From positions 866,522 to 930,521 of the forward strand of contig JADJRG010000022.1 in assembly GCA_016712315.1 (NCBI GenBank): DNA of 64,000 bases. Reading direction: 5' to 3'. The translations under genes and the position numbers were made by a program. The DNA comes from Nannocystis sp. GTDB lineage: Bacteria > Myxococcota_A > Polyangia > Nannocystales > Nannocystaceae. Of this stretch, positions 22,202-34,864 are shown one piece after another. Position 1 is the stretch's first letter, and each line of letters begins with the position of its first letter. The notes under the pieces are model-generated. The model worked only from the letters and a program-made list of their open reading frames with translations, did not search any database and was not told the DNA's origin.

Positions 22202-22390
22202 GCAGCATCCAGCCGCCGATCAGGATAGCCCCCGAGCGCGCGCCTGAGCAAGGATCCTCGCCCGCGCCCGCACGCGCCAAAACCCCCGCCAAACGGCCTA
22301 GAGACGCATCCGCGGACGCCCGAGCGCACCACAGGGAGCGCGCCTGCTGTGCTAGATCCGAGGCCACACCGCCTCGGCCGGCGACCTGCG

Positions 22391-23320
22391 ATGAGCCTCG
22401 TCACCCCGCTCCTGCTCCTCCTCGTCGCCGGACCATCGGCGCTACCGCCGGATGAAGAGCCCCCTGAGGCCCCGCGCCTGGTGGATCAGCCGCCGCCGAC
22501 CCCGCCGCGTGACAGCGACCGAGACGGCCTCAGCGACGCCCTCGAGCGGACGATCAACACCGACCCGTTGGATCCCGACACCGACAACGACGGCGTCCCC
22601 GACGGCCTCGAAGATCGCAACCAGGACGGCGTCGTCGACCCAGGCGAGTCCAACCCGCGGGTCCCTGGCCTCTTCCCTGGTCGCGCCCCTCACATCCCCG
22701 AGCCGCTCGTCTTCGACCTCGTACGCGGCCTCGACGCCCGCCGCGGCGAGCTCGAGGTCAACACCCTCGGCCGGATCAACCTCCGCACCGGCCGCTTCTA
22801 CTGGGCGCCCGAGCTCGAGTGGGCCTTCGCGAAGGGTCACGCCGTCGAGCTCGAGCTGCCGATGCTCAACCGCGAGCTCCAATCGATCAAGGTCGCCCTC
22901 CAAGGCGCCTTCCCCACGCCGGGGCGCCCCCGCGTGGTCCACGGCTGGCAGGCCTTCACCGACGTCTCGCTCGCCGACGGCCGCCCTGACGGCGTCCTCC
23001 TCTACCTCTTCGGCCACCGCCTCTCCCGACGCGCCTCGATCCTCACGATGCTCGGCGGCGCCGCCCCGCTGAGCCGCCTCGGCCGCCGCGGCGGCGCCGT
23101 GCTCCACAACGCGGCCGTCTTCTTCGACGCCGCCGAGTGGTCTACCCTCGGCCTCGAGACCAACCTCGAGATCGACCTACGCGGCGACTGGCGCCTCGCC
23201 ATCTACCCTCAGGCGCACTTCCAAGCGAGCAAGCGCCTGCGCCTCCAGCTCGCCCCAGGCGTCGGCCTCACGACCAACACCGTCACCCCCCTCGCCGCCT
23301 TCCGCTTGATCCTCGAGTAG
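22391..23320 (+). CDS. secreted protein with thrombospondin-type-3-like Ca-binding repeats
   Basis: Signal peptide MSLVTPLLLLLVAGPSA. Asp-rich repeats follow (DSDRDGLSDALE, DTDNDGVPDGLED, DGVVDPGE). The start was set at ATG 22391. Confidence 0.6.
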   Translation: MSLVTPLLLLLVAGPSALPPDEEPPEAPRLVDQPPPTPPRDSDRDGLSDALERTINTDPLDPDTDNDGVPDGLEDRNQDGVVDPGESNPRVPGLFPGRAPHIPEPLVFDLVRGLDARRGELEVNTLGRINLRTGRFYWAPELEWAFAKGHAVELELPMLNRELQSIKVALQGAFPTPGRPRVVHGWQAFTDVSLADGRPDGVLLYLFGHRLSRRASILTMLGGAAPLSRLGRRGGAVLHNAAVFFDAAEWSTLGLETNLEIDLRGDWRLAIYPQAHFQASKRLRLQLAPGVGLTTNTVTPLAAFRLILE

Positions 23321-23449
23321 CCGGGGGGGGGCGCGCGAATGAGCTTGCGCACCTGTCCATGAAGACTCCGAAGTTGCAGTGACGACGGCGCTCAGCGAAC
23401 GTGCGAAACTCCACCCGCGCCCCGGCCGCGGTGCTCTCCCGAGTGATCC

Positions 23450-25768
<2,319 letters not shown>

Positions 25769-25777
25769 AGCGACGAA

Positions 25778-25811
25778 GCGACCACCAGCGCCGCGCGGTG
25801 CTGGTGGTCGC
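25778..25811. terminator. GC-rich hairpin between convergent genes (bidirectional terminator candidate)
   Basis: A perfect 12-bp stem, gcgaccaccagc/gctggtggtcgc, with a 10-nt loop. It lies between stops at 25768 and 25821. There is no U-tract. Confidence 0.45.
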
Positions 25812-25820
25812 GCGTCGCCG

Positions 25821-28112
25821 CTACTCGATCGCCGGCGTCACGCCCATCTCGCGGAGCAAGTGATCGGCGCCGTCGACCGCGTCCATCAGCCACAGCGTGT
25901 AGCGGATATCCACGTGGATCGACCGCGTGATCTCCGGCATGAACAGCCAGTCGCTCGCCATCGCCTCGTAGTTGCCGTCAAAGACCACGCCGACCAGCTC
26001 GCCGCGCGAGTTCAGCGTCGCCGAGCCTGAGTTTCCGCCGGTGATGTCCAGATCCGCCAAGAAGTTCACCGGCACCTCGCCCAGCGCCGCGTCGACGTAC
26101 GGGCCGAAGCGCCGCGCCCGCGCCGCGTCCAGCACCCGCTGCGGCGCCGCGAACGGCTCCGTGCCGGTGTGCTTCGCCACCATCTCGGAGAGCGCCGTGA
26201 ACGGCCGATACAGCGGCGCCCCAGCGCGAGGCCGGTAGCCCCGGACTGTCCCATAGGTCACCCGCAGCGTCGAGTTCGCGTCTGGCGCGATCTCCGCGCT
26301 CGAGAACTTCTGCAGCGCCTCGATGTACCGCGGACGCAGCGCCGACATCGCCCCTTGCCGCGCCTCCCGCTCCTTCGTCAGCGCCTCACCTTGGCCGCGC
26401 AGCGCCAGCGCCAGGCGGATGAACGGGTCCTTGCTCGACTTGAGCTGCGCCGGCGTCGCCTTCTTCAGCAGCCGCACCCGCTCCTCCACCGACCCCAGCT
26501 TCGTCCCCTTGTACAGCCGATCGAGCGCCTTCTCGATCGCCGCTGCATCGACCGCCCCCTTGCCGACCACCAGATCCAACGCGAGCGGCCGATCCGCCGC
26601 CGGCAGCGCCGCCGCGCGGGTCAAGAACAGCGACATCACCGCCCGATCCAGCGCCGGATCGTAGGCCTTCTCGATCGCCACCATCGACTGCTCGAGCTCC
26701 GCTTGGTCGCGCTCTTGATACCCAGCGGCCCGCTGCGCGTCCGGCTTCTTGCGCTCATCGGCCATCTTCACGATCACCTCCGCCGCGCGGATGAGCTGCG
26801 AAGCCCGCACGATCTCATCGTGGGCCATATCGCGCTCGCGGGTCTTCACGCCCGCCGCGTTCAGCGCCTGGATCTGCGCCAGCACATCCCCATAGAGCGC
26901 CTTGCGGTCGGGATCTCCGTCGATCCAGGCCTGCAACGCCGCCTCCCCGCGCACCCGCTCCTCTGCCAGCTTGCCCTTCACCAGCCCGTCGAGCATGCCC
27001 TTAAAATTCGTCTGGTAGTTATTCAGGCCGCGCAGCCGCGGCGCCGCCTTGATCGCCACGTCTGGCCGATCCTTGCCCGCCGCCTCGAGCACCGCGATGT
27101 ACTCCCCGTACATCTTGATCTGCCGCGGGTAGTACCACTCCGCCGCCTCCAGCGCCTCGCCCGCGGTCTTCAGCCGCGAGGTGCGCCCCGGATACCCCGC
27201 CACCATCACGAACTCCCCCGGCTTCACCGAGCCCGTCGCCACCTTGAGCGAGTGCGGCGGCGCGTACGGCTTGTTCTCCGGCGAGAAGTCCGCCGGCTGC
27301 CCATCCGCGCCGACATACGCGCGGAGGAACGAGAAGTCGCCTGTATGCCGCGGCCACCGCCAGTTGTCGATCTCCCCGCCGAACACCCCGATCCCCGCGT
27401 GCGGCGCGTACACCAAGCGGATATCGCGGAGCTCGAGCTGCTCGATCTGGAAGAAGCGAGCGCCCTCGTAGAAGCTCGCCACCTGGCAGCGCGTCCCCGC
27501 CTTCCCGGCCTCGCACGCGCTCACCAGCGCCTTCTTCCGCTCGCCGATCTGCTTGTACCGCTCGCCCGGATCCTTCACCGACTCGAGCCCACCGAGCACC
27601 TGCGAGCTCACGTCCGTGAACGATCGCGTCACGAACACCCGCGCCAGCGGCCCCCCCGAGAGCTCCTCCGCGCGCGTCTTCGCCAAGTAGCCGTCGACGA
27701 GCAGGTTCGACGCGGGCGTCGAGCTCTCCTGCAGGTAGCGGGTCACGCAGTGGTGGTTGGTGATGATCAGCCCGTCTGGCGAGACAAACGACGCCGAACA
27801 GCCGCCGAGGCTGACCACCGCGCCGAGCGGGAACGCCGTCGGCTCCGTCAACACGGCGGGATCCATCCCCCACCCCGCGCGCTTCAGCGAGTCCGCCTGC
27901 GCCGCGAGCTGTGAAGGCATCCACATCCCCCCTGGGTTCTCAAAGCCGCCGGCGGCCGGCGCCGTCGTAGTCGTCGCTCCGCCTTCGACCCCGCCATCGG
28001 CGGTCGGCGGCTGCGGCTCTGGGTTCGTCCCCCCGGAGCAAGCGAGCGTCAGCGAGACAAGAGCGGCGACGAGGACACGAGAGACAGCCCGGGATTGTTT
28101 ACAGGCGCGCAT
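25821..28112 (-). CDS. S46 family dipeptidyl-peptidase (DPP7/DPP11-like) lipoprotein
   Basis: The regions GGCSASFVSPDGLIITNHHC and the C-terminal TGGNSGSATLN match the S46 catalytic His and Ser regions. The start was chosen at MRACKQ (ATG 28110-28112), which gives a lipoprotein signal peptide. Confidence 0.8.
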   Translation of the reverse strand: MRACKQSRAVSRVLVAALVSLTLACSGGTNPEPQPPTADGGVEGGATTTTAPAAGGFENPGGMWMPSQLAAQADSLKRAGWGMDPAVLTEPTAFPLGAVVSLGGCSASFVSPDGLIITNHHCVTRYLQESSTPASNLLVDGYLAKTRAEELSGGPLARVFVTRSFTDVSSQVLGGLESVKDPGERYKQIGERKKALVSACEAGKAGTRCQVASFYEGARFFQIEQLELRDIRLVYAPHAGIGVFGGEIDNWRWPRHTGDFSFLRAYVGADGQPADFSPENKPYAPPHSLKVATGSVKPGEFVMVAGYPGRTSRLKTAGEALEAAEWYYPRQIKMYGEYIAVLEAAGKDRPDVAIKAAPRLRGLNNYQTNFKGMLDGLVKGKLAEERVRGEAALQAWIDGDPDRKALYGDVLAQIQALNAAGVKTRERDMAHDEIVRASQLIRAAEVIVKMADERKKPDAQRAAGYQERDQAELEQSMVAIEKAYDPALDRAVMSLFLTRAAALPAADRPLALDLVVGKGAVDAAAIEKALDRLYKGTKLGSVEERVRLLKKATPAQLKSSKDPFIRLALALRGQGEALTKEREARQGAMSALRPRYIEALQKFSSAEIAPDANSTLRVTYGTVRGYRPRAGAPLYRPFTALSEMVAKHTGTEPFAAPQRVLDAARARRFGPYVDAALGEVPVNFLADLDITGGNSGSATLNSRGELVGVVFDGNYEAMASDWLFMPEITRSIHVDIRYTLWLMDAVDGADHLLREMGVTPAIE

Positions 28113-28222
28113 GTGCTCGAGGCGTAACAGATCTCGGCGCCGCGGGGCGCATGAATCACCGCGGCTCGCCTTGAGCCCACGCACCTCCGTCGCCGCCGAG
28201 TCGGTGAAACCAACCGCCATCC

Positions 28223-29320
28223 GTGAAACCAACCGGCGACCTCGCCTCCGCCGCCCGAGTGGTACCCTGCGCGGGCGTGTCGCGGCTCCGCTGCTCCCTC
28301 CTCGTCGGCAACCCGACCGCCCGAACCGGCAAGGCCGCGGCGGCGATCAGCCGCGCGATGGTCGCGCTCGAGCGAGCCCGCCTCTACCCTGAGTTCTTCC
28401 CCACCCTCCCGCGAGGCGCCACGGTCGCCGCCCTCGCCGATCGCCTCGAGATCGGCGACGTCGCCCGCGTCGTCTACCTCGGCGGCGACGGCACCTTCGC
28501 CGAGACCGCCAAGGGCATCATCCTCGCCCGCGAGCGCACCGGCCTCGACGTCCCCCTGGGCATGATGCCGATGGGGACCGCCAACGACCAAGGCCGCTCC
28601 TTCGGCGTCGCCGCTGGGATCAAGGCGATCGAGCGCAACGTCCAGATCATCGCCGACGGCATCGAGTCTTGGCTCGACGTCGGCCGCGTCCAGGCCTTCG
28701 CTGAGGCCGGCGACGAGCTCGCGCAGGATCTCTGGTTTGACAGCTGGGGCGTCGGCCTCTCCGCCCAGATCCTCGCCAAGCGCAACCGCGATCGCGACCT
28801 CATCGCCCACGTGCCGCTGCTCCGCCAGATCTACCGCGACAAGGTCATCTACCTCCGCGCCGGCCTCTCTAGCTACCTCCGCACGCTGGTCGGCCGCTCC
28901 CGCTTCGCCGCCGCGATCACCATCGACGGCGTATGTCACGAGTACGAGGGCGTCACCGACATCGTCATCAAGGGCACCGCGCTCTTCGGAGGCGACTGGA
29001 TCTTCGCCCCTGACGGCAAGCCAGACGACGGCCGCTTTGAGGTCGTCGTCATGCGCGGCCACGCCGACTGGGCCGCTGCCACCATCACCGCTCACAAGCG
29101 CAACCCCGTCACCCGCGACGACCTCGCCGTCCTCGGCTTACCGGCCGCCGAGGTCCCCTCTGGCCGCGAGATCGACGTCCGCGTCTTCCGCTCCCCGCGT
29201 CACCACCGCCTCTACGCGCAGCTCGACGGGGAGGAGTTCCTCGCCGCCGATCACTATCGCATCGAGAACCTCTTCCACCACCTCCGCGTCATCGTGCCCG
29301 CCGACCCGCGCTGCATCTGA
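28223..29320 (+). CDS. diacylglycerol/lipid kinase catalytic domain protein (YegS/DAGK_cat family)
   Basis: The GGDGT motif and the overall YegS-like pattern are present. The start may be an internal GTG near 28277. Confidence 0.75.
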   Translation: MKPTGDLASAARVVPCAGVSRLRCSLLVGNPTARTGKAAAAISRAMVALERARLYPEFFPTLPRGATVAALADRLEIGDVARVVYLGGDGTFAETAKGIILARERTGLDVPLGMMPMGTANDQGRSFGVAAGIKAIERNVQIIADGIESWLDVGRVQAFAEAGDELAQDLWFDSWGVGLSAQILAKRNRDRDLIAHVPLLRQIYRDKVIYLRAGLSSYLRTLVGRSRFAAAITIDGVCHEYEGVTDIVIKGTALFGGDWIFAPDGKPDDGRFEVVVMRGHADWAAATITAHKRNPVTRDDLAVLGLPAAEVPSGREIDVRVFRSPRHHRLYAQLDGEEFLAADHYRIENLFHHLRVIVPADPRCI

Positions 29321-29358
29321 AGCGGAGCAAGCGCCCCCTTGCCGCCCTCTAGGCGCTC

Positions 29359-30387
29359 ATGTCACCTTGGATCGCCGAGATGCTGCGCCTGCGACTCTGC
29401 CACCTCATCCTCGCCCCGCTGCTCCTCAGCGGCTGCTCCGAGGACACCTCTGAGCAGATCAAGGGCGCCCTCGAGGAGCGCCTACGCGAGCAGCTGAGCG
29501 AGCGCAAGGCCGCGCCGCCGCCGCCGCCGCGGATCAGCGAGACCACCCTGCCCCAGCTCCTCGCCAACAAGCTCGGCCTCTACGGCGAGTGCATCGGCGC
29601 CACCGAGCCGCGCGTACGAGCCGCCCAAGAGGGCGTAGCCGCGCTCTTCGACGGCAAGGGAGCCCTCCGTCCAGCGCCGCCCGCGCTCACCGTCATCGCC
29701 GACGCCTTTTTGGAGAAGTGCGTCAAGGCCGACCGCGAAGGCCCGCTGCTCCAACCCCCACAGCCGCGCCTCGAGGCCGCGCAGGCCGCCTACACGCAGG
29801 CGCTCCAGGGGCACCACGCGCTCCTCCTCGAGCTCCGCGAGCTCGTCATCGCGAGCCCGCCGCCCGCGGATCGCGCCGACCGAGCCGTCACCCTGCGCGA
29901 CCAACTCGGCGCGGCGCTGCTCCGCTGGCAGGAGGCGCGTGATCACCTCGGCGCCGCCATCGACGAAGCGCAGGGAGAGATCGACCAAGCCACCCTCGCG
30001 CAGATCGAAGCCCGCAGCGGCCGCGGCCTCGAGCACGCCTGCCGCACCCTCGTGATCCGAGCCCGACCGCTGGTCCGCTGCATCAGCGCAGAGGGCGACC
30101 CCTCCGCCTGCGAATCGAGCTTCTTTGAGCTCGAGCAGTCGCACGGCGAGCTCCACGCCCAGCTCGCCGCGGCGCAGGCTGCGGGCGGGGCCACCTACTT
30201 CTGGCTCGATACGTTCATGCTCAGCGCCGACGACCTCTACGCGAGCGCACGCGACTTCATGAAGCAGGTCCGCGGCGGCGCCGCTACGTCTGCCGGCCGC
30301 ACCAAGGTCCTCGACGAATTCGCCGACCTACTCCACGACTCCGCCAAGCTGAACTTCGGCATCAAATCCCCGCCGCCCGCCCCCTGA
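29359..30387 (+). CDS. hypothetical lipoprotein (helical)
   Basis: Signal peptide with lipobox LLSGCS. The rest is Ala/Leu/Glu-rich helical sequence with high GC3. Confidence 0.6.
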   Translation: MSPWIAEMLRLRLCHLILAPLLLSGCSEDTSEQIKGALEERLREQLSERKAAPPPPPRISETTLPQLLANKLGLYGECIGATEPRVRAAQEGVAALFDGKGALRPAPPALTVIADAFLEKCVKADREGPLLQPPQPRLEAAQAAYTQALQGHHALLLELRELVIASPPPADRADRAVTLRDQLGAALLRWQEARDHLGAAIDEAQGEIDQATLAQIEARSGRGLEHACRTLVIRARPLVRCISAEGDPSACESSFFELEQSHGELHAQLAAAQAAGGATYFWLDTFMLSADDLYASARDFMKQVRGGAATSAGRTKVLDEFADLLHDSAKLNFGIKSPPPAP

Positions 30388-30447
30388 TCGACCGCGGCGC
30401 CGTCGCCCGAACGACGACGCCGAAGCGGGCCCAACGCCCGACAATGA

Positions 30448-31848
30448 TCAGCGGAGGCGCCGGCGCCGCAGCAACGCGCCCAGCCCGAGCAGCAGCCCGA
30501 GCGCCCCGCCCCCGGCCCCGCCGTCGACCGAGCAGCCCTTGCTCGACGCCCCCGGCGTCCCGCCCACCGCGGACGGCCCGTCCTCACCGCGGCTGCTCTC
30601 CGAGGCCGAGGAAGAGGTCGAGCTCCCCCCGTACGGACCGTCGCTCGAGCCTGAGCCCGAGCTGTAGCTATCCGCGCCGGAGCCGTCGCTCTCGCTGCCC
30701 GACGATCCGCCAGAGCCGCCCTTGCCGCCCTTTCGGCGGTCGCGCTCTTCACGGTACTTCTCTGGGTACGGCGGGAGCTCCCCTTGCGGCCGCATACGCG
30801 CCTCCGCGGCCTTCTTCCAGCCAGAAGGGATCGCCCCGCCTGCGCCCGGCGTCTGATTCGTCATGATGTACGCGGCGCGGCGGTTGCGCTCCTCATCGAC
30901 GTTATCGCCGGTCGCCACCTTGAGCCCCGACTCTCCCATCCCGGCGTAGAAGATCTCGCACCACACGCCCTTTTGCTTGAAGAACTCGGCGATCGCCTTC
31001 GCGCGCGCCTCCGAGAGCTTCTTGTTGTCCGCCGCGCCGCCGACCGTGTCCGTGTAGCCGATGATGTAGAGCTGCGCGGTGATGTTCGCGTTCACCGCCT
31101 TGTTCGCCTTCTCGAGGCCAGCGAGCTCGTGCATCGCGATCACCGCCGCGTCCTCGACGTACTGCGCCTGATCGCCGCGAATCACCGCCTTACCGCTGTC
31201 GAACTTCACGTCCGTGTGCGGGATCTCGACCGACCACGGCACCAGCGCGTACTCAGCCGTCTGTCCTTGGGGGCTGACGATGCTGAGCTTGATCAAGAAG
31301 ACTGGATCGTCGGAGTCCCAACGGAGCGCCATCCGCTCCCCAGCCTTCGCCGTACCGCGGCCGGAGTCGCTGAAGATCGTGTCGCCATCATTATTGAAGA
31401 CCGTGAACTCATAGCTCTCGACGTCGAAGGGGACCCGGTACGCCGCCTCGTGCTTCTCGAGCAGATCGGAGCGCGAGCTCAGCACCTGCAGCGTCCCCCC
31501 GCTCGCCGATGACTGGCGGCTCGACGCGCTCGGCCGGCTGATCTCGAAGTTCGCCTCCAAGTCCATATCCTTGCCGACGATCCGGATCGAGTACGCCGCC
31601 TCGGTCCCGTTCTGCACCCAGCGGATCTTGTACGTCTGCCCAGAGCGCAGCGCCGGCACGTTCTTCTTGATCGTCTGCCGATCGCCCGAGACGGTCACCT
31701 CGAGCGCGTCGAGGTTTTGGTTGGCGGTGAGCACCACCTCTGCCTCCCCCTTCTCATTGGTCTGGCGGTTGAACGAGTAGCCGAAGGGGTCGGCGATCCA
31801 GAGGGACAAGAGCATGCCCGCGAGTGACGTCATCGACATCGTATCCAC
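30448..31848 (-). CDS. OmpA-family protein with C-terminal MYXO-CTERM sorting domain
   Basis: The OmpA C-terminal-like motif is YIIGYTDTVGGAADNKKLSEARAKAIAEFF. The protein ends with GCSVDGGAGGGALGLLLGLGALLRRRRLR, i.e. a Cys, then a hydrophobic helix, then an Arg tail. This matches MYXO-CTERM. Confidence 0.85.
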   Translation of the reverse strand: MDTMSMTSLAGMLLSLWIADPFGYSFNRQTNEKGEAEVVLTANQNLDALEVTVSGDRQTIKKNVPALRSGQTYKIRWVQNGTEAAYSIRIVGKDMDLEANFEISRPSASSRQSSASGGTLQVLSSRSDLLEKHEAAYRVPFDVESYEFTVFNNDGDTIFSDSGRGTAKAGERMALRWDSDDPVFLIKLSIVSPQGQTAEYALVPWSVEIPHTDVKFDSGKAVIRGDQAQYVEDAAVIAMHELAGLEKANKAVNANITAQLYIIGYTDTVGGAADNKKLSEARAKAIAEFFKQKGVWCEIFYAGMGESGLKVATGDNVDEERNRRAAYIMTNQTPGAGGAIPSGWKKAAEARMRPQGELPPYPEKYREERDRRKGGKGGSGGSSGSESDGSGADSYSSGSGSSDGPYGGSSTSSSASESSRGEDGPSAVGGTPGASSKGCSVDGGAGGGALGLLLGLGALLRRRRLR

Positions 31849-31923
31849 TCCAAGCGAGATTGAGGCACGGACCCTATCACGGTCGCTCCGCCGCGCGCGC
31901 GAAATTTAGCGAGCCCCTCGCCG

Positions 31924-32889
31924 CTACTCCAACGCCTTGCTGGCCTTCAGGCCCTCCATCTGCTTGCGGCCGGCGTCGATCAGCCCGTCGACAGCCGCGA
32001 GCTTGCGAGCGCGGGTGAAGAGCGCCCCCGCCGCGCCAGCGTCCCCTTGGAGCTCCGCGCAGAGGCCCAGGCCCACCAGCGCCTGCGCCTCGGTCGCGCC
32101 GCCGACCCCCTCGAGCGAGCGATATACCGCGCTCGCCTCGTGGCAGCGCCCGCGGCGTCGCAGCTTGTCGGCCTTGTCGAGCGCCTCCCGCTGCGACGCC
32201 TTATCACCTGGATCGACCCCTGGCAGCTCGGCCTCTTTCGCCGCCGCCGGCGCGCCGAAGGCGTCGTCGAGCTTCGACTTCGACTTCTTCATCGGCGTCG
32301 GCTTCGCCGCGCCGGGCGCGCTCTTCGCGGGCTTCGCCGCAGGTGTCGCGGCCTCCTTCGCCTCTCCGCCCTCGACCTCATCTTCCGCGATCTCTTCGGC
32401 CTCGATCACCGGGCTCACCGTCGGCGCCGGCTCGACCGGCGACGCGCCGCCCGCCGCCGCCGGCGCGTCCTCTGCTCGCGCCGAGCCGGCCGTCAACGTC
32501 GCGACCTCGCTGGACATGTCCTCTGGGGCAGGTCGCAACCACATCACCAGCAGCGCCGCCGTCGCCGCCAACGCGAGCCCTGGGAGGGCGAACGAGCGGC
32601 GAAGACGGGCCCACAACCCCTCGCCGACCGGCGCGTCAGCCGACACAACCGGCGCCGACGCGGCCGCCTCCGCCAGCACGCCGTCCAACAGACCCGGGCG
32701 CACCTCGACCATCGGTAGCGCCTCGCGCGCGAGCGTCAGCACCGCCCGATAGCCCTCCAGCCGCGCCCGAACCGCCGACGACGTCTCGGGCGGCAGCTCC
32801 AACGGACCCTCGCCCAGATCACTGAGCGCATCTTCGATGCGATCGAGCTCGGCGGGTGTCAGCGCTACGACGTCGAGAGGATTAGCCAT
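31924..32889 (-). CDS. hypothetical single-pass membrane protein with C-terminal TPR-like region (anti-sigma-factor-like architecture)
   Basis: A central hydrophobic helix (LALAATAALLVMWL) is followed by a Pro/Ala/Glu/Lys linker and a C-terminal helical repeat. No family is recognised. Confidence 0.5.
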   Translation of the reverse strand: MANPLDVVALTPAELDRIEDALSDLGEGPLELPPETSSAVRARLEGYRAVLTLAREALPMVEVRPGLLDGVLAEAAASAPVVSADAPVGEGLWARLRRSFALPGLALAATAALLVMWLRPAPEDMSSEVATLTAGSARAEDAPAAAGGASPVEPAPTVSPVIEAEEIAEDEVEGGEAKEAATPAAKPAKSAPGAAKPTPMKKSKSKLDDAFGAPAAAKEAELPGVDPGDKASQREALDKADKLRRRGRCHEASAVYRSLEGVGGATEAQALVGLGLCAELQGDAGAAGALFTRARKLAAVDGLIDAGRKQMEGLKASKALE

Positions 32890-33075
32890 CGCGCCTCAGT
32901 CCCTCGCAGGTTGGCGCGCCCGCGCGCCGCGGGCCTGCGCCCTGAATGTGCACCCGCGCGGTCGCTGACGGCAAGCACCTCGGTCGCGAGCGCGCGTTCA
33001 TCATCCACACCACCGCCCCCTGAACGCTCGATCCCTCGGCCCGGTTCGACGGTCTCAATTTCATGACGTGTCGAA

Positions 33076-34020
33076 TCACACGCTCGTCTGTCCGCGCCGC
33101 GGAGGAACCCAGATCCAACCATCTTCGAGCCAGAGCAGATCGAGCCCCTCGATCGCCGCCTCGAGCGCGCCCGCGGCCCCCCCACCGATGAGGTCCCGAG
33201 GCCCCTGCCACCCCTCCTTCGCCCACAAGAACCCCGTGTACGCGGCGATCACTGCGTCGAAGATATGGGGGCTGCGGACCACGACCTCCGGCCATACATA
33301 GTCGAAGCGCAGCAGCTCACCCAAACGCCCGAGCACATCCTTTCGCAGCGACCAGATCCGCTCGTCCTCACCTTGCCGGAGCCCGCGCTCGATCGACCCA
33401 CCAAGGAGCCGCGCCAACGTCGCGGGCGGGTGCACCTCGATCAAATTTTCGTGCAGCCGCAGCCGCGGCGAGAGCGCGCGGCGCAGGTAGGCGGCCCGAG
33501 CCGCGAGCGGCCCCATACCTTGCCCCAACGACTCCCGCGGGTGCAGCTCTTCGTGCGAGAGCAGCAGGTCGACCGCGCGCTGGGTGTAGGGCGTCACCAC
33601 CGGCTTGTGGGGGTCGCCACGGCCGCGCCGCCCGAGCAGCGACGGACCGTGTCGACGCATCCACGCGACCACCGGCACCTCACACGCGCCGATCCCCGGG
33701 CACACGAGCTGGCAGCGGATACACGCGGGCAACGTCAGCGGCGCGTTGATCGCGACCACCGTCGCCTCATCGAGCCAGCGCTCGACGTACGCGATCAACA
33801 CGTCATCGCGAAACAGCGGATCGCCGTCGCTGGGGCTCGCCTCCCCGCCGCCGCGGTGGCCGTGGCGCAGCCGCGCCTCGACCAGATGCGCGACCTGCCC
33901 CTCGGCGCCCAGCTCCACTCGCGCGATCGCCGTGGTCTTACCGCGTCCGCCGCCGAGGTTGATCCCGAGGAAGCGACGAAAAGGCCGCGACGCGCTCGTA
34001 TTCTCGTCCTCCGAGCTCAC
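33076..34020 (-). CDS. DUF429-like (predicted RNase-H-fold) protein
   Basis: The N-terminus FLGINLGGGRGKTTAIA resembles DUF429. The assignment is tentative. Confidence 0.5.
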   Translation of the reverse strand: MSSEDENTSASRPFRRFLGINLGGGRGKTTAIARVELGAEGQVAHLVEARLRHGHRGGGEASPSDGDPLFRDDVLIAYVERWLDEATVVAINAPLTLPACIRCQLVCPGIGACEVPVVAWMRRHGPSLLGRRGRGDPHKPVVTPYTQRAVDLLLSHEELHPRESLGQGMGPLAARAAYLRRALSPRLRLHENLIEVHPPATLARLLGGSIERGLRQGEDERIWSLRKDVLGRLGELLRFDYVWPEVVVRSPHIFDAVIAAYTGFLWAKEGWQGPRDLIGGGAAGALEAAIEGLDLLWLEDGWIWVPPRRGQTSV

Positions 34021-34033
34021 CCGGCGCCGCGCC

Positions 34034-34675
34034 TTACTCGTGCTCCAGGATCGAAGGCATCCGCTCGCTCAAGAAGAGCAAGTACGCCACCGCGGACGGC
34101 AGCTCCAGCGCCGGCATCCGGTCCACCAGATCACGAGCTTGCCGGCGCAGCGCCTCTGTCGGCCCCTCCCCGCGCTCACCGAGCGGCTTCTGCAGCGGAA
34201 TATCCGGCTCTGCGGGCGGCTCAGGTTTGCCCCACGGAGGCAGCTCGCCGAGATCGATCTCGCGCGGCTCCAACCACAGATCGATATAGATGTGCAGCAA
34301 GTTCGCGCGGTAGGAGAACCACCGATCGCGCTCCACCGGGTACGACAGCAGCACGTCCTTAAAGCGGCGGAACGCCCCTTTGCCGTCGATCGCCAGGATC
34401 AGCCGCTCCTTCAGCGCTGAGTCCTCAACGGAGGCGACGAAGCGCTCCATCCACCGGTACTGCTCGCGGGAGGAGGCCGGATCGAGGTGCACGTAGCGGC
34501 TCCCGCCGCCGCGCACGCTCTTGCGCTTCTCCTCGTCTTCGGGTCGGGTATCGACCACCGAGATCACCTGCCCGGTCTGCAAGTCGAGGTAGCTGTGGGT
34601 GTCGGGGGCGTTGTGCTCGAACGCAGTCTCAAGCGCCGCCCAATCGGGGATCGGCGCGCCTTGAACGACTCGCAT
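34034..34675 (-). CDS. hypothetical protein
   Basis: 213-aa ORF with high GC3 and a protein-like composition. It lies 13 nt upstream of the DUF429 gene on the same strand. Confidence 0.5.
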   Translation of the reverse strand: MRVVQGAPIPDWAALETAFEHNAPDTHSYLDLQTGQVISVVDTRPEDEEKRKSVRGGGSRYVHLDPASSREQYRWMERFVASVEDSALKERLILAIDGKGAFRRFKDVLLSYPVERDRWFSYRANLLHIYIDLWLEPREIDLGELPPWGKPEPPAEPDIPLQKPLGERGEGPTEALRRQARDLVDRMPALELPSAVAYLLFLSERMPSILEHE

Positions 34676-34864
34676 GGTTAGATCACTCTCGCAGGTTATT
34701 ACGGCGCCGATCTCTGGTCAGGATCATCGACGGCCGAGGTGCATGGTTGAGAACGCGCTGAGGCCCTGGGGACAGCTTCAACGCGCGCTCAGGATAGACC
34801 CCCGCATGAAGGGCCGCAACCAGGCCACGAGATCAAGGAGCCCACGAGCTCAGCGCCGCAGCGA

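Noticed and set aside
30388-30447. Weak 5-bp hairpin cgggc-ccaac-gcccg between convergent genes
   Set aside because: The stem is too short and GC-generic to call a terminator.
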